In this document: one piece after another, positions 1-9,624 of the stretch
Layout of the letters: the number at the start of each line of letters is the position of its first letter
Position numbering within the stretch: position 1 is the stretch's first letter
Assembly (NCBI GenBank): GCA_016748015.1
Contig: JAAOMT010000291.1
Location: 1 to 9,947 of the forward strand
Direction: 5' to 3'
From: Geosiphon pyriformis uo1
Lineage: Eukaryota > Fungi > Glomeromycota
Length of the DNA stretch: 9,947 nt
Notes under the pieces: generated by a model
Told to the model about the DNA's origin: nothing
Database searches by the model: none
What the model saw: the letters and a program-made list of their open reading frames with translations, nothing else
Translations under genes and position numbers: made by a program

Positions 1-323
1 GTTTTGGTAATTTATTGTAGATATGTGTATTCTTTTCTATTTTGTTTTGCCAAGTTTTTTATTAATAATATGAAATTATATATATATATATAATTTCATA
101 TTGATTGTAAGGATGTTTAGTAAAGATGTATTTAAATTCTGTTAAAAAAAAACTTTTTTTCAATAATTTTAATTTTTTTATTATTAAAGCTGTTGTACAA
201 AATTTTGGTAAAAAAATCTGAAATGGATAATTTTATTTGTTGTTTAATTTTACTTTACAAAATATTAAAAACAAATTAGTGTAAATTATATTTTTTATTG
301 AAATAGTTTTTCAACTAATTTAA
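1..323 (+). repeat. Left arm of a perfect 323-bp terminal inverted repeat
   Basis: Compared base by base: position i is complementary to 9948-i for i=1..323 (GTTTTGGTAATTTATTGTAG... vs ...CTACAATAAATTACCAAAAC), with identical homopolymer and (TA)n lengths. The first mismatch is at 324/9624. Confidence 0.97.
67..102. repeat. 36-bp perfect palindrome with a (TA)n core inside the left inverted-repeat arm
   Basis: AATATGAAATTATATATATATATATAATTTCATATT is its own reverse complement. Confidence 0.9.
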
Positions 324-639
324 AAACTTTTTTATAAAGTAACTGTTATTATATTTTTTATTTTTATATAATACAATATATAAACGTAATACAATATTTT
401 TGAAAAAAATTATTTAATAGTAAATTATTATTTCTTATTTTTTTTAAGCTAATTTTACAAATAAAAATTTAGAAATAATAATCAATATCAAATAATTTCT
501 AAGTTAATTTAAAAATATAATTGCTTTCTTGAATAAAAAATTTTGTTCATTTATATAAAAAGGAGTTTTTTTTGACGAATAAAATGTGTACCTTCAACTA
601 GTGAATTATACTTAAAATATCCAAGCCACGAAATAAACT

Positions 640-1010
640 ATATTCTCACGTTATACAGAGATTTTATTTGAGGGTTAATGATCTAGCCATATCTTTCTTT
701 TTAGTGACGTAAGTTATTGCATATAAAATTTTTAATACCTCCAAGGTTTTGTGAGGCTAGATTTTTTTTTAACTTATACTTAGGATAAATGTGTTTTATA
801 GCCTCTTTGGTTAAAAATAAGCGCGGAAATAATAAATCTATCCATGTAGTGTCTATTAATCCATGCATTTACACACCCTTTCTTCATTTGATATTACTCC
901 TCTAAAGGTAGCAGTCGTTCAAATTTAGTTAAAACTTTGATACTAATTCTCCAGGATGAATTCTATTCTTATTGCCATTCTAAAGCCGAAACCAATTTGC
1001 TGTCATTATC
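640..1010 (-). pseudogene. Possible heavily degraded third kinase copy (N-terminal kinase relic)
   Basis: Minus strand 1001-975 reads SKLVSALEW (copy A: SNLASAFEW). Further on are GG-IKNF (~742-725; copy A GGSLREY) and MARSLTL/IKSLYN/ENIVY across frameshifts (690-~635; copies A/B MAQELVxGIxCLHExxIIH). The order is collinear, but the region is full of stops and shifts. Confidence 0.35.
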
Positions 1011-1108
1011 GTATTTTTACCAATTTAAATTATTGATTGAATTTATTAGAGTAGGTTTTTTGAAGTTTCAAAATTTTGCTATTAGCCTGCGAGAACAGGT
1101 TAAAGCTA

Positions 1109-1110
<2 letters not shown>

Positions 1111-1140
<30 letters not shown>
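1111..1140 (+). repeat. (TAA)10 microsatellite
   Basis: Ten perfect TAA units followed by TAGTAG. Confidence 0.9.
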
Positions 1141-1142
<2 letters not shown>

Positions 1143-1685
1143 GTAGATATTATAAATAAATATGTAATAGAATAATTGTTTAAACTTTAATAAATATCGA
1201 ATTAAAAAGAAATACTTTTTTAAAATTATCTTGATTAATAAGCCTTACACAATTTGATTATTTCTATCTGGTGAAGGAACATTTCCAGTTTTTAATAGTT
1301 TTAAAAACGAGATAGAAAATGAAGGTATGATTAATTCAAACATTATGGAGTAATCTCTGATAATGAAAAAGAAAGAATTTCACAAAAATCTGAAATCCTT
1401 TTAGAAACCATTTTGGACATCAACACTTTAAAACCAAACGCTTTAAAATCTTTTAATTAAAATAGTTACAATTATAAACAGATAATACCTGACCATTTTG
1501 CTATCTCCTAAACAGCGATTAAAAAATGTCCCATTTATTTTATAAATTTTTAACACGAAAATAATTCTAATTAATATATAAAACATTCTTGCCTACAAGA
1601 ATAGCTACACATTCGAAGCTTTAAACACTCCACCCACGCTAAAAATGAAAAGGAATTCAACATCTTTTGAATAAATTCCAAACTT

Positions 1686-4535
1686 TTATAAAAGTGGCCT
1701 CCATTTTTGGAGCAAAATTGAAAGCTGAAATTTTGCTTGTGTGTTTCCATTCTCTGCTGCTTTGCTATACCATTCGATTCCTTTCTCTAAACTTTGTGGA
1801 ACTCCATAGCCATTTTGAAAGCAATATCCAAGGCTATACTGTGCTTTTGGGTTTCCTTTTTCCGCTGCTTTAGTATATAGTTCAACTGCCTTTTCAACAT
1901 TTTTATTTACACCATTCCCGTTTTGATAACACCATCCAAGATTATGTTGTGCTTTTGAATACCCATTTTCCGCCGCCTTGGTAAACCAGCTAACTGCTTT
2001 TTCACGATCCTTGCTCACTCCCTCTCCATTATAATAGCAGAATCCAAGTTGAAATTGCGCTTTTACATGTCCTTTTTCCGCCGCTTTAGTATACCATTTG
2101 ATTGATACCTCAAGATTTTGATTTACACCATGCGCTTTTTGATAACAACATCCAAGATTATATTGTGCTTTCGAGTATCCATTTTCAGCTGCCTTAATAA
2201 ACCATTCAATTCCTATATCGAGATTTTTAGATACCCCATCGCCATTATAATAACAAAATCCAAGATTATATTGAGCTTTTCCATTTTCTTTTTTCGCTGC
2301 TTTTGCATACCATTCAACTGCTTTCTCAAGATTTTTGCTTACACCGTGGGCATTTTGATAACACCATCCAAGAATATATTGCGCTTTTGTATACCCATTT
2401 CTCGCTGCTTTTGTATACAATTCAATTGCTTTCTCCAGATTTACATTTACACCATGACCATTTTGATAACAAGATCCAAGATTATATTGAGCACTTGAAT
2501 TTCCACTTTCTGCTGATTTCGTATACCATTCAACTGCTTTTTCAAAATTTTTGGTTACTCCATCACCATTATAATAGCAAGATCCAAGCTGATTTTGCGC
2601 TAATAAATTTCCTTTTGTTGCTGCCTTGTTATACCATTCAACTGCTTTTTCAAGATTCTTGCTCGTTTTATCGTCATTGTAGCATTTTCCAAGTTGAAAT
2701 TGTGCTCTTGTGTGTCCTTTTTCGGCCGCCTTGGTATACCATTCAACCGCAGTTGTGAGGTTTTTGTTTACTCCATCCCCATTATAGTAGCAAAAACCGA
2801 GACGAAACTCAGCTGTTGAATTTCCACTTTGGGCTGATTTCATGAACCATTCGAAAGCCGTTTCATGACTTCCTTCGGTACCAATGCCATCCCAATAACA
2901 TTGCCCAATAAATAATTGTCCCAAGGAGTTATTTTTATTAGCACATATCTGATATGCTAGAAAAGAATTCTTAAAATCGGTTACACTGCCAATTCCAAAC
3001 TGATAAGAGAAGCCGAGCAAAAAAGCTAAATTGGATGATAAATTTTGATTAATTTTCAAAAATTTAAAAAAGTCTACCGAGCTTTGGCCTATATCAGCAA
3101 GAAGGGTTTCCATCTGAGGAATTATTTTTGATATTTCTGCAGGTGGGTAAATTGTTAAAGCTTCGTTTATGACGTTTAAAATATCTTCTAAAAGGACCTT
3201 GGAATTGAACGGAGAAATCGAAGATGTGTTATTAACATTTGAAATGATAGTCTTGTCGATGCAGTATACTAGACTCTTGTCACTTTTTGGTGTTGGAGGG
3301 ATTATAACGTAATCAAATAAAGCAGGGTCCGAATGGCGTTGAATTTCCTCGACTCGTTTAATCACTTGATCAATCTTGGGACGATTTTCGGGCAATCCAT
3401 CCCAACACTCTTTATATAGCTTAATGTATTCAGTTGGTGTATTTTCGATGGGGCTCTCTCGTTTACCGGCAGCAATTTGGGCTAAAAATATTTCAATCAA
3501 TATTTATATGTGAAATTTTAAGTTCAAAAGTGTAGCAAGTCAAATTTTCCTTACAAATTAGTGTAAATTTTCCATTGTATTTGAACGGGGGATGACCACT
3601 TGTCAATTCCCATAAAAGCACTCCAAGAGCATAAATATCGGATTTTTCACTTCGAATATAATTTGGATTTTTGAAACATTTAGGATCAACATATGCAAGT
3701 TGGCTTTGAACCTCAGTCACTGAACGGAAGATTTCATTCAAATTTTTTAGAATGCCAATATCGGATATTTTAATTGTTTTGTTATGCACCAGAACATTTG
3801 TTGAGTTCTAGCAGGAATCGATTAGTGGGTATATCCAATGTGAAAATGACTTTATAAACATAATAAAAAGGAAACTCACAAGATTCCTATGAATAATTTT
3901 GACTTCATGCAGGCATCCAATACCTTTTACTAATTCTTGTGCCATTCGAAGCTTATCCATACCATTTATATTCTGAAATTCAGATGCCAAATATTCACGT
4001 AAAGAACCTCCATTAGGGTATTCAAGGACAAAAATGTAACTTGTATTACCATCTAATGCAAGTTTAAGGAATAAGATTAATTGATCAATGTTTGCCAAAG
4101 CAATTGTTTTATAGAGATTAAATACCTTTTATAGTTTTGCTAAGCCCATGAAATCTTTGAATATTTGGGAAAAACTCAGCCTCTCGCAGGAATTTCATCT
4201 ATTTATGTTTCAACTTGAATCAACACAAAATAAATGTAGTATATTTATAAAATATTTTAGATTTATACCTCCTTTATGAATTCCTTCAATGCAACTTTAT
4301 TCCCTTGTGAAATTGGTTTCAATATTTTCAAAACATAAATCATATCCACACCCCATGTAGTCAATATTGCTCTTTCTGCTTTCCCAATAGTGCCATTATC
4401 AAGCGATTTTCTGCTATGAAATTTTGTATAATCAAAATACTTTATATTTCCTTCTAGAATAGAATTTTCAATCCACTCAAAAGCTGACGCTAGATTCGAG
4501 GGAAAATTTGGTGTCGTTGGTGATTTTGATGTCAT
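1686..4535 (-). CDS. Copy A: TKL-type (pseudo)kinase with C-terminal Sel1-like repeats, 5 exons, 853 aa. Exons 4535-4269, 4198-4126, 4052-3880, 3807-3555, 3481-1686
   Basis: Four GT..AG introns of 70, 73, 72 and 73 nt (phases 0,1,0,1) join the ORF-track fragments into one 2562-nt frame from ATG 4535 to TAA 1688-1686. Kinase subdomains are recognisable (YVLK, KEFIKE, PNIQRFHG, VLEYPNGGSL, HRNLNSTNVLV, KISDIG, SDIYALGVLLWELTSGHPPF, ECWDGLPENRP), followed by 12 Sel1 repeats. Internal exon lengths (73, 173, 253) are identical in copy B. Confidence 0.9.
1743..3035 (-). repeat. Coding array of 12 Sel1-like repeats (108-bp / 36-aa period) in copy A
   Basis: Consensus xxAQxxLGxCYxNGxGVxKNLEKAVEWYxKAAExGx; 1293 nt = eleven 36-aa units plus one 35-aa unit. 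Confidence 0.93.
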
Positions 4536-4672
4536 GGTTTTCGACAAAAATAAGTATGAAAGCCTGAATTTTATATTGTTTCTCTAAAGATTGGGTTTTA
4601 AAGGGTAATATATAAAGGTTGTACAATTCCGTCTTTTTACCATAGATAATAAACGAGTAAACTCCGGTATCG

Positions 4673-4762
4673 GGTGTTACCATTATTTCATGATCAGATC
4701 GTAATGATGACACTCATTCTATTCTCCTTTAAAATTTATATTGTGAGGTGAAATAATAGTAT
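4673..4762 (-). promoter_or_regulatory. Upstream non-coding block shared with copy B; candidate core promoter with minus-strand TATAAA at 4740-4735
   Basis: Collinear short matches with 9044-9148 (GGTGTT, GATCaGAT/GATCcGAT, ATTCTC, AAAATtTATA/AAAATgTATA, TGAGG, TAGTAT) at near-constant offsets of 4367-4386. Regulatory function is inferred. Confidence 0.35.
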
Positions 4763-6401
4763 AATTCTAATTTTATTATAATCTAAACTAAATATATTGC
4801 TTTTTAATTATGGATTAGTTGTGAAATTTTTAGGTACTAAATTTTAAGATTTTTTTGAAAAAAAGAATCTTGAAAGTTTCAATAAAATTTGATTTCAATT
4901 CATTATTTTAGATAATCTTATTATTGTTTTTAAAATTAAATTAAAAAAAATGAATAAAACTTTCAAAATTGATTAGAGCTTTGTAATTTTCTATCATTTA
5001 ATTTTATCTTTATTATATGATAAGCTTTTTTATTAATGTTCATGAATTACAAGTTTAAATAAACAAGTACAATTATTGAACTATAAATCATGCATGAAAT
5101 TAAAGTTAAATAAATTTTTTAATATTATTAAGCTTCTTAATAATAAATGTATTATGTTATATTCAATATTTAAACTACAATAATTAACTTTAGAAATACT
5201 ATTCAACAATAATTTAGAAAATTGTTAATTTTTTTATGGAAGTAAAGAAATTAAATTTTAGGTTTAAATATCAATTTAATCATTAAATTGTATTACACAT
5301 CATTTTTTATGCATAAAATATTTATTGCCTTAATTTATAAGTATTTTACTGTTATTTTTGAATTAAATATATAAGACAAACAAATATTAAAATTTTTTGT
5401 CAACTATTGCTAATATAAAAAGTTTTAACAAAATGTTTTGCTTTGATTTGTATTTCAAGAATTTTTTAATAAATTGTTTCAACTTAATGTTATTCTTATT
5501 AATTAGAAAAAAAACTGTCAATAAATTTTTTTGATACTTTATATTTTCGATGTGTTTGTTATATAAACAGAAAAATTTTCAATTAATGTAACAAAAAATT
5601 ATAAATCAATTAAAATTTCAGGCCAAAAAAAAAGTTAAGAAATAATTTTTTTTTAAAATGTATAAAATATTACAGGTGTATTGAATAGCTTTACTTGATT
5701 TTTGTCTTGAAAAAAAATTATAAAAAGCAGATTAAAGCATTAAATATATTTTCAAATTAACTTCTAAATTTTTGCATAATGATTTATGTTTATATGTAAA
5801 TGCTTGCCAATTTTGACAACTTTATCAAGCTGCTGTTTATGTCTAATTGAAAGAATTAATATTTGCACTTTTTATTTTATTGAAAAATCTTTTTATTAAT
5901 AAATTACAAAAAGGATCAGTTTGAACAAAAAATCAAGCAAAATATCCATATGTATTTGAATTTTTTTAAGGCGACGCCAATATGAGAATTTTTATTTCTA
6001 TAAAATTTATTTCTTGTCTTTTTATTTTATAGTTCAATGTCACATGGAAAGAGGAAAAATTAACAATCCTTTAAATTTAAATTTGAAAATTTTATATGTT
6101 TCATCTTTTAAATGTTAGATAGTTATCGTCCTTCTTATTTTTGCATTGATTTTTGGATATCAAATAAACCAACAAAGCCTTTTTATTTTGATAAACTCGA
6201 TTTCAAGCTTTGTGAAATAAAATCTCTATAACTTTATATGTAAATTAGATCTTTCCAAAAAGATTTTCTTTAAACAAAATTATTTGTGGTTTTTCAAAAC
6301 TTTAATTCTTAGAAAACACTTATAAGCTTTTTTGCCTTTATGCACACTTTATATTCTTAGTAGTATCAAAGGATTTATTATGCCAATTTATGACTGGGAT
6401 A

Positions 6402-7511
6402 TTATTCCGCTGCTTTGGCATACAACTCAATTGCTTTTTGCAATATCTTTAGTCATGCTTTTCCCTTTTTCGTAGCAAACACTAAGAAAATATGGTCCTA
6501 ATATATGTCAGCTGCTTTAGTATACCATTTAAGATCTTTGGTAACTTCATCCCCTTTTTTATAGCAATAAGCAAGATAAAACTGTGCATCTAAATGTCCT
6601 TTTTTCGCTGCTTTAGCATACCATTCAGATGCTTTTGTAAGATTTTTGTAGCAATCTCCAAGATTATTTGATGCTTTAATAAACCAGTCCGCTGCTTTTA
6701 CCACATCTTTAGTTACTCCCTCTCCAGTTTTATAGCAAATTCCAAGGTTATATTGTGCATCTAAATTACTTTGTTCCGCTGCTTTTGTATACCATTCAAC
6801 TGCTTTTGCGAGATTTTTGGTAATTACATCTCCTCTATTAAACTAATTTCCAAGATTATGTTGTGCATTTGAATTTTCTTTTTCTGCTGCTTTGGTATAC
6901 CATTCGACTGCCTTTGAAGGATCGTTGGTCACTCCATCCTCATATTTATAGCAAGAAACAAGATAATATAGTGCCTTTGAATGTCCTTTTTGCACTGCTT
7001 TAGTATACCATTTAACTGCCTCTGAAAAATCTTTGGTTACTCCCTCCCCACATTCATAGCAACTTGCAAGACTAATCTGTGCATCTAAATGTCCATTTTC
7101 TGCTTTTAGTAACCATTCAACTGCTTTCTTGAGATCTTCGGTCACTCTATCCCCATTTTCATAGCAACAAGCAAGATTATATTGCGCACCTGAATTTCCT
7201 TTTTCCGCTGCTGCTGTATACCATTTGACAGCCTTTGCTAGATCTTTAGAAACACCGTTTCCATTATCGTAACAATATCCAAGTCGACATTCAGCTGTTA
7301 AATTTCCTTTTTCCGCTGCTGCTGTATACCATTCGAAGGCTTTTCCATCATTTTTTTCAGTGCCGATACCATCGATATAACACTGCCCCAGAAATAATTG
7401 TCCCAAGGGGTTTTCTTGAAAAGCGCTTTTCTGATATGTTAAGAAAGCCTGCCTAACGTTGACATCAATTCCGAATCGGTAAAAGAACCCAAGCAAAAAA
7501 ACTAAACTGGA
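6402..7511 (-). repeat. About 11 Sel1-like repeats of copy B, progressively eroded toward the 3' end
   Basis: Units such as LTAECRLGYCYDNGNGVSKDLAKAVKWYTAAAEKGN and LDAQYNLGICYKTGEGVTKDVVKAADWFIKAS; the last remnant reads FLSVCYEKGKSMTKDIAK/AIELYAKAAE*. Confidence 0.85.
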
Positions 7512-8962
7512 TGATGTTTGATCCCTTTTATAGATTCAAAAAGATCCGTGGGGCTTTGCTAATATTTCCAAGATATTTTTATAGTTTAGGAATTATTTTT
7601 GATATATCTTGAGGTATATAGATATCTAAACCATTGTTTATTATAGTTAAAATATCTTCTACAAGACCTGTGATACTTGTGTTAATAAAATCCATAGCGT
7701 CTAAGAAGGTGCTTTCATTTAGAAAATCCAAAGCAGGTTCCGAGGTCCATTGAATTCCCTGAAGTTTTTCGTTCACTTGGTTGATATTAGGTTGGTCATC
7801 AGGTAACTCATCCCAGCACTCTTCATACAAAATAATATATTCAATTGGTGTATTTTCAATTGGAGTTTCTCGTCTACCATCAGCAATTTGTGCTAAAAAT
7901 ATTTAAAATAGCATTTTTAAGTAGAATTTTTAGAAAATGAGGCTAAAATTCAAATTTTCTTACGGATAAGAATCCATTTTATAGCATTCTCAAATGGTAA
8001 GCGGCCACTTGTCAATTCCCATAAAAGGACTCCAAGAGCATAAATATCTGATTTTTCATTTTGAATGAATTGTTCGTCGTGGAAACATTGAGGCTCTATG
8101 TAAGCAGGCTGGCCTTTAACTTCATTAGCTAGACGCAATATTTCCCCAAGATTTTTTGAAAAGCCAAGATCGGATATTTTTATAGTTTTATTATGCACTA
8201 ATACATTCGAGGAATTCTAAAACTAATTTATTTAGTGATGGAGTTTAATATTAAAAAGGTTTTTAATAATTTAAATGTTAAAAAAACTTACAAGATCTCG
8301 ATGGATGATTTGGTTTTCATGCAAACATTGAATTCCTCTGACCAATTCCTGTGCCATTCGGAGCTTTTCTATTCCACTCATATTCTGAAACTCTAATGAT
8401 AGGTAGTCACGCAAAGAACCTCCATTAGCGTATTCAAGGACTAAAATATACTTTATAGTATCATCTAATATATTTGCACATAGTAAAGTTAGCGTTTGCA
8501 AAAATAATTATATTATAGATTCTTGAGAATAAATACCTTCTATAGTTTTGCTAAGACCATAAAATCTCTGAATATTTGGAACATAATGAACTGCGCGCAG
8601 GAATCTTATCTATTAAGTTTTCAATAATTTTTTATTTTGCATTGGTATAACTATGTAGCAATTCTTAGTTTTTATTCACACCTCTTTTATGAATTCTTCT
8701 AGTTCAGCTTTATCATCTTTTTTAACTGGTTGAGCTTTTTCAATATAATATTCATACCACCTATTGTGTATTTAGCTTTTTCTACTTTCCCAAAAAATCC
8801 ATGTCCTATATTTGTTTTGCTATGAAACTTGCTTTATTCAAAATAGTTGTTTTGTCCATGGTGAATAGATTTTTCACTCCATTGGGCAAATGAAATTAGG
8901 GTAAAGGTGGAAGTAGATGACGTTGGGGCTTTTGGTATAGTTGAAATAGTGGTTGAATACAT
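6402..8962 (-). pseudogene. Copy B: pseudogenised TKL kinase-Sel1 paralogue. Exons 8962-8682, 8609-8537, 8464-8292, 8216-7964, 7892-~6402
   Basis: Same four GT..AG intron positions and phases as copy A (72, 72, 75, 71 nt). Motifs include IGHGFFGKV, HRDLNSSN, KISDLG, GQPAYIEP and SDIYALGVLLWELTSG. Lesions: TAA at codon 43 (8836-8834), a 1-nt deletion at ~8731, TAA 7581-7579, two frameshifts at ~7550-7520, TAG 6845-6843, and further stops/shifts at ~6500 and ~6435. Confidence 0.88.
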
Positions 8963-9624
8963 CGTTTGCAACGAAATAATTTTAGATGGTTAAGTGGAGT
9001 ATTTGCAATTATCAATTTTCGAAAAGTGACTTTACACAGCCCTGGTGTTTAATGAAGAGATCCGATGATGCAATCTCAACTTGATTTCTGAATTCTCTAT
9101 GAAAATGTATATGTTGCGCTATTTTGATTTGAGGCAAGAAACTAGTATCCCAATGGTCAATTGGGGCAAATTTGTAATTCGGGCACATCATAACCTGTAT
9201 ATTATGTATAGTTGCAGCTATAAAATATAGAATTTATCTTTATTCTTTTTCTTTTTCAAAAGCAAATATTAATAATAATCATCAAAGATAACTAATTACA
9301 CTACATTTGTTTTCAAAATAAACTTTAAGCATTTTAGTTTAAGTTTTTGCTAAAATATAAATCCGGATACAATAGCCGAGATTTCTCTGAAATATGTTAT
9401 AATTTTCTTTTGATCGAACTTTTAAAGTTTTTTATTTTTTTTATGAGGATGTGATGATATTTGCAATTCCAAATTTAAGAATAAAAGTTATTTATTTTCT
9501 ATATTTAGCTTCATAATTTTTTTACTAGCCTATGCTTTGATAAGTATAGCTGAAAAATTTTTATCTCATAAATAATAATAATAATAAATAACTGTTTTCA
9601 ATAATATTCTCAAAAAAAAAATTA

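Noticed and set aside
324-370. Possible degenerate extension of the inverted repeat (AACTGTTATT vs AACAGTTATT on the reverse of ~9587-9596)
   Set aside because: A short match in extremely AT-rich DNA that needs gaps; indistinguishable from chance.
1261-1404. Coding-looking plus-strand stretch (FLSGEGTFPVFNSFKNEIENEG...)
   Set aside because: It is short, has an internal stop, and has no clear start or recognisable family; it cannot be supported without a homology search.
1667-2758. Plus-strand ORFs 1667-1873, 2118-2498 and 2303-2758
   Set aside because: They are antisense shadows of the Sel1 array; their periodicity simply mirrors the 108-bp repeat.
1743-3035. Regularly spaced motif (ATACCATTCAACTGCTTT) resembling a CRISPR array
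   Set aside because: The 108-bp period is the coding Sel1 repeat (KAVEWY), with codon-type variation and homologous intervening sequence; no cas genes are present.
3493-4547. Reading the ORF-track fragments as separate bacterial-style genes or as a frameshifted pseudogene
   Set aside because: Canonical GT-AG introns join them in frame, and the structure is reproduced in copy B. The TTG/GTG starts are artefacts of the ORF caller.
4477-4713. 78-aa minus-strand ORF
   Set aside because: It overlaps the upstream region and exon 1 of copy A in another frame, has no recognisable domain, and has no evident counterpart in copy B.
5124-5144. Small hairpin ATTATTAAG-CTT-CTTAATAAT
   Set aside because: A 9-bp, almost all-AT stem is expected by chance in this intergenic composition.
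4770-6360. 1.6-kb AT-rich spacer examined for a transposase remnant, MITE or RNA gene
   Set aside because: No ORF, terminal repeats or tRNA-like structure could be recognised by eye.
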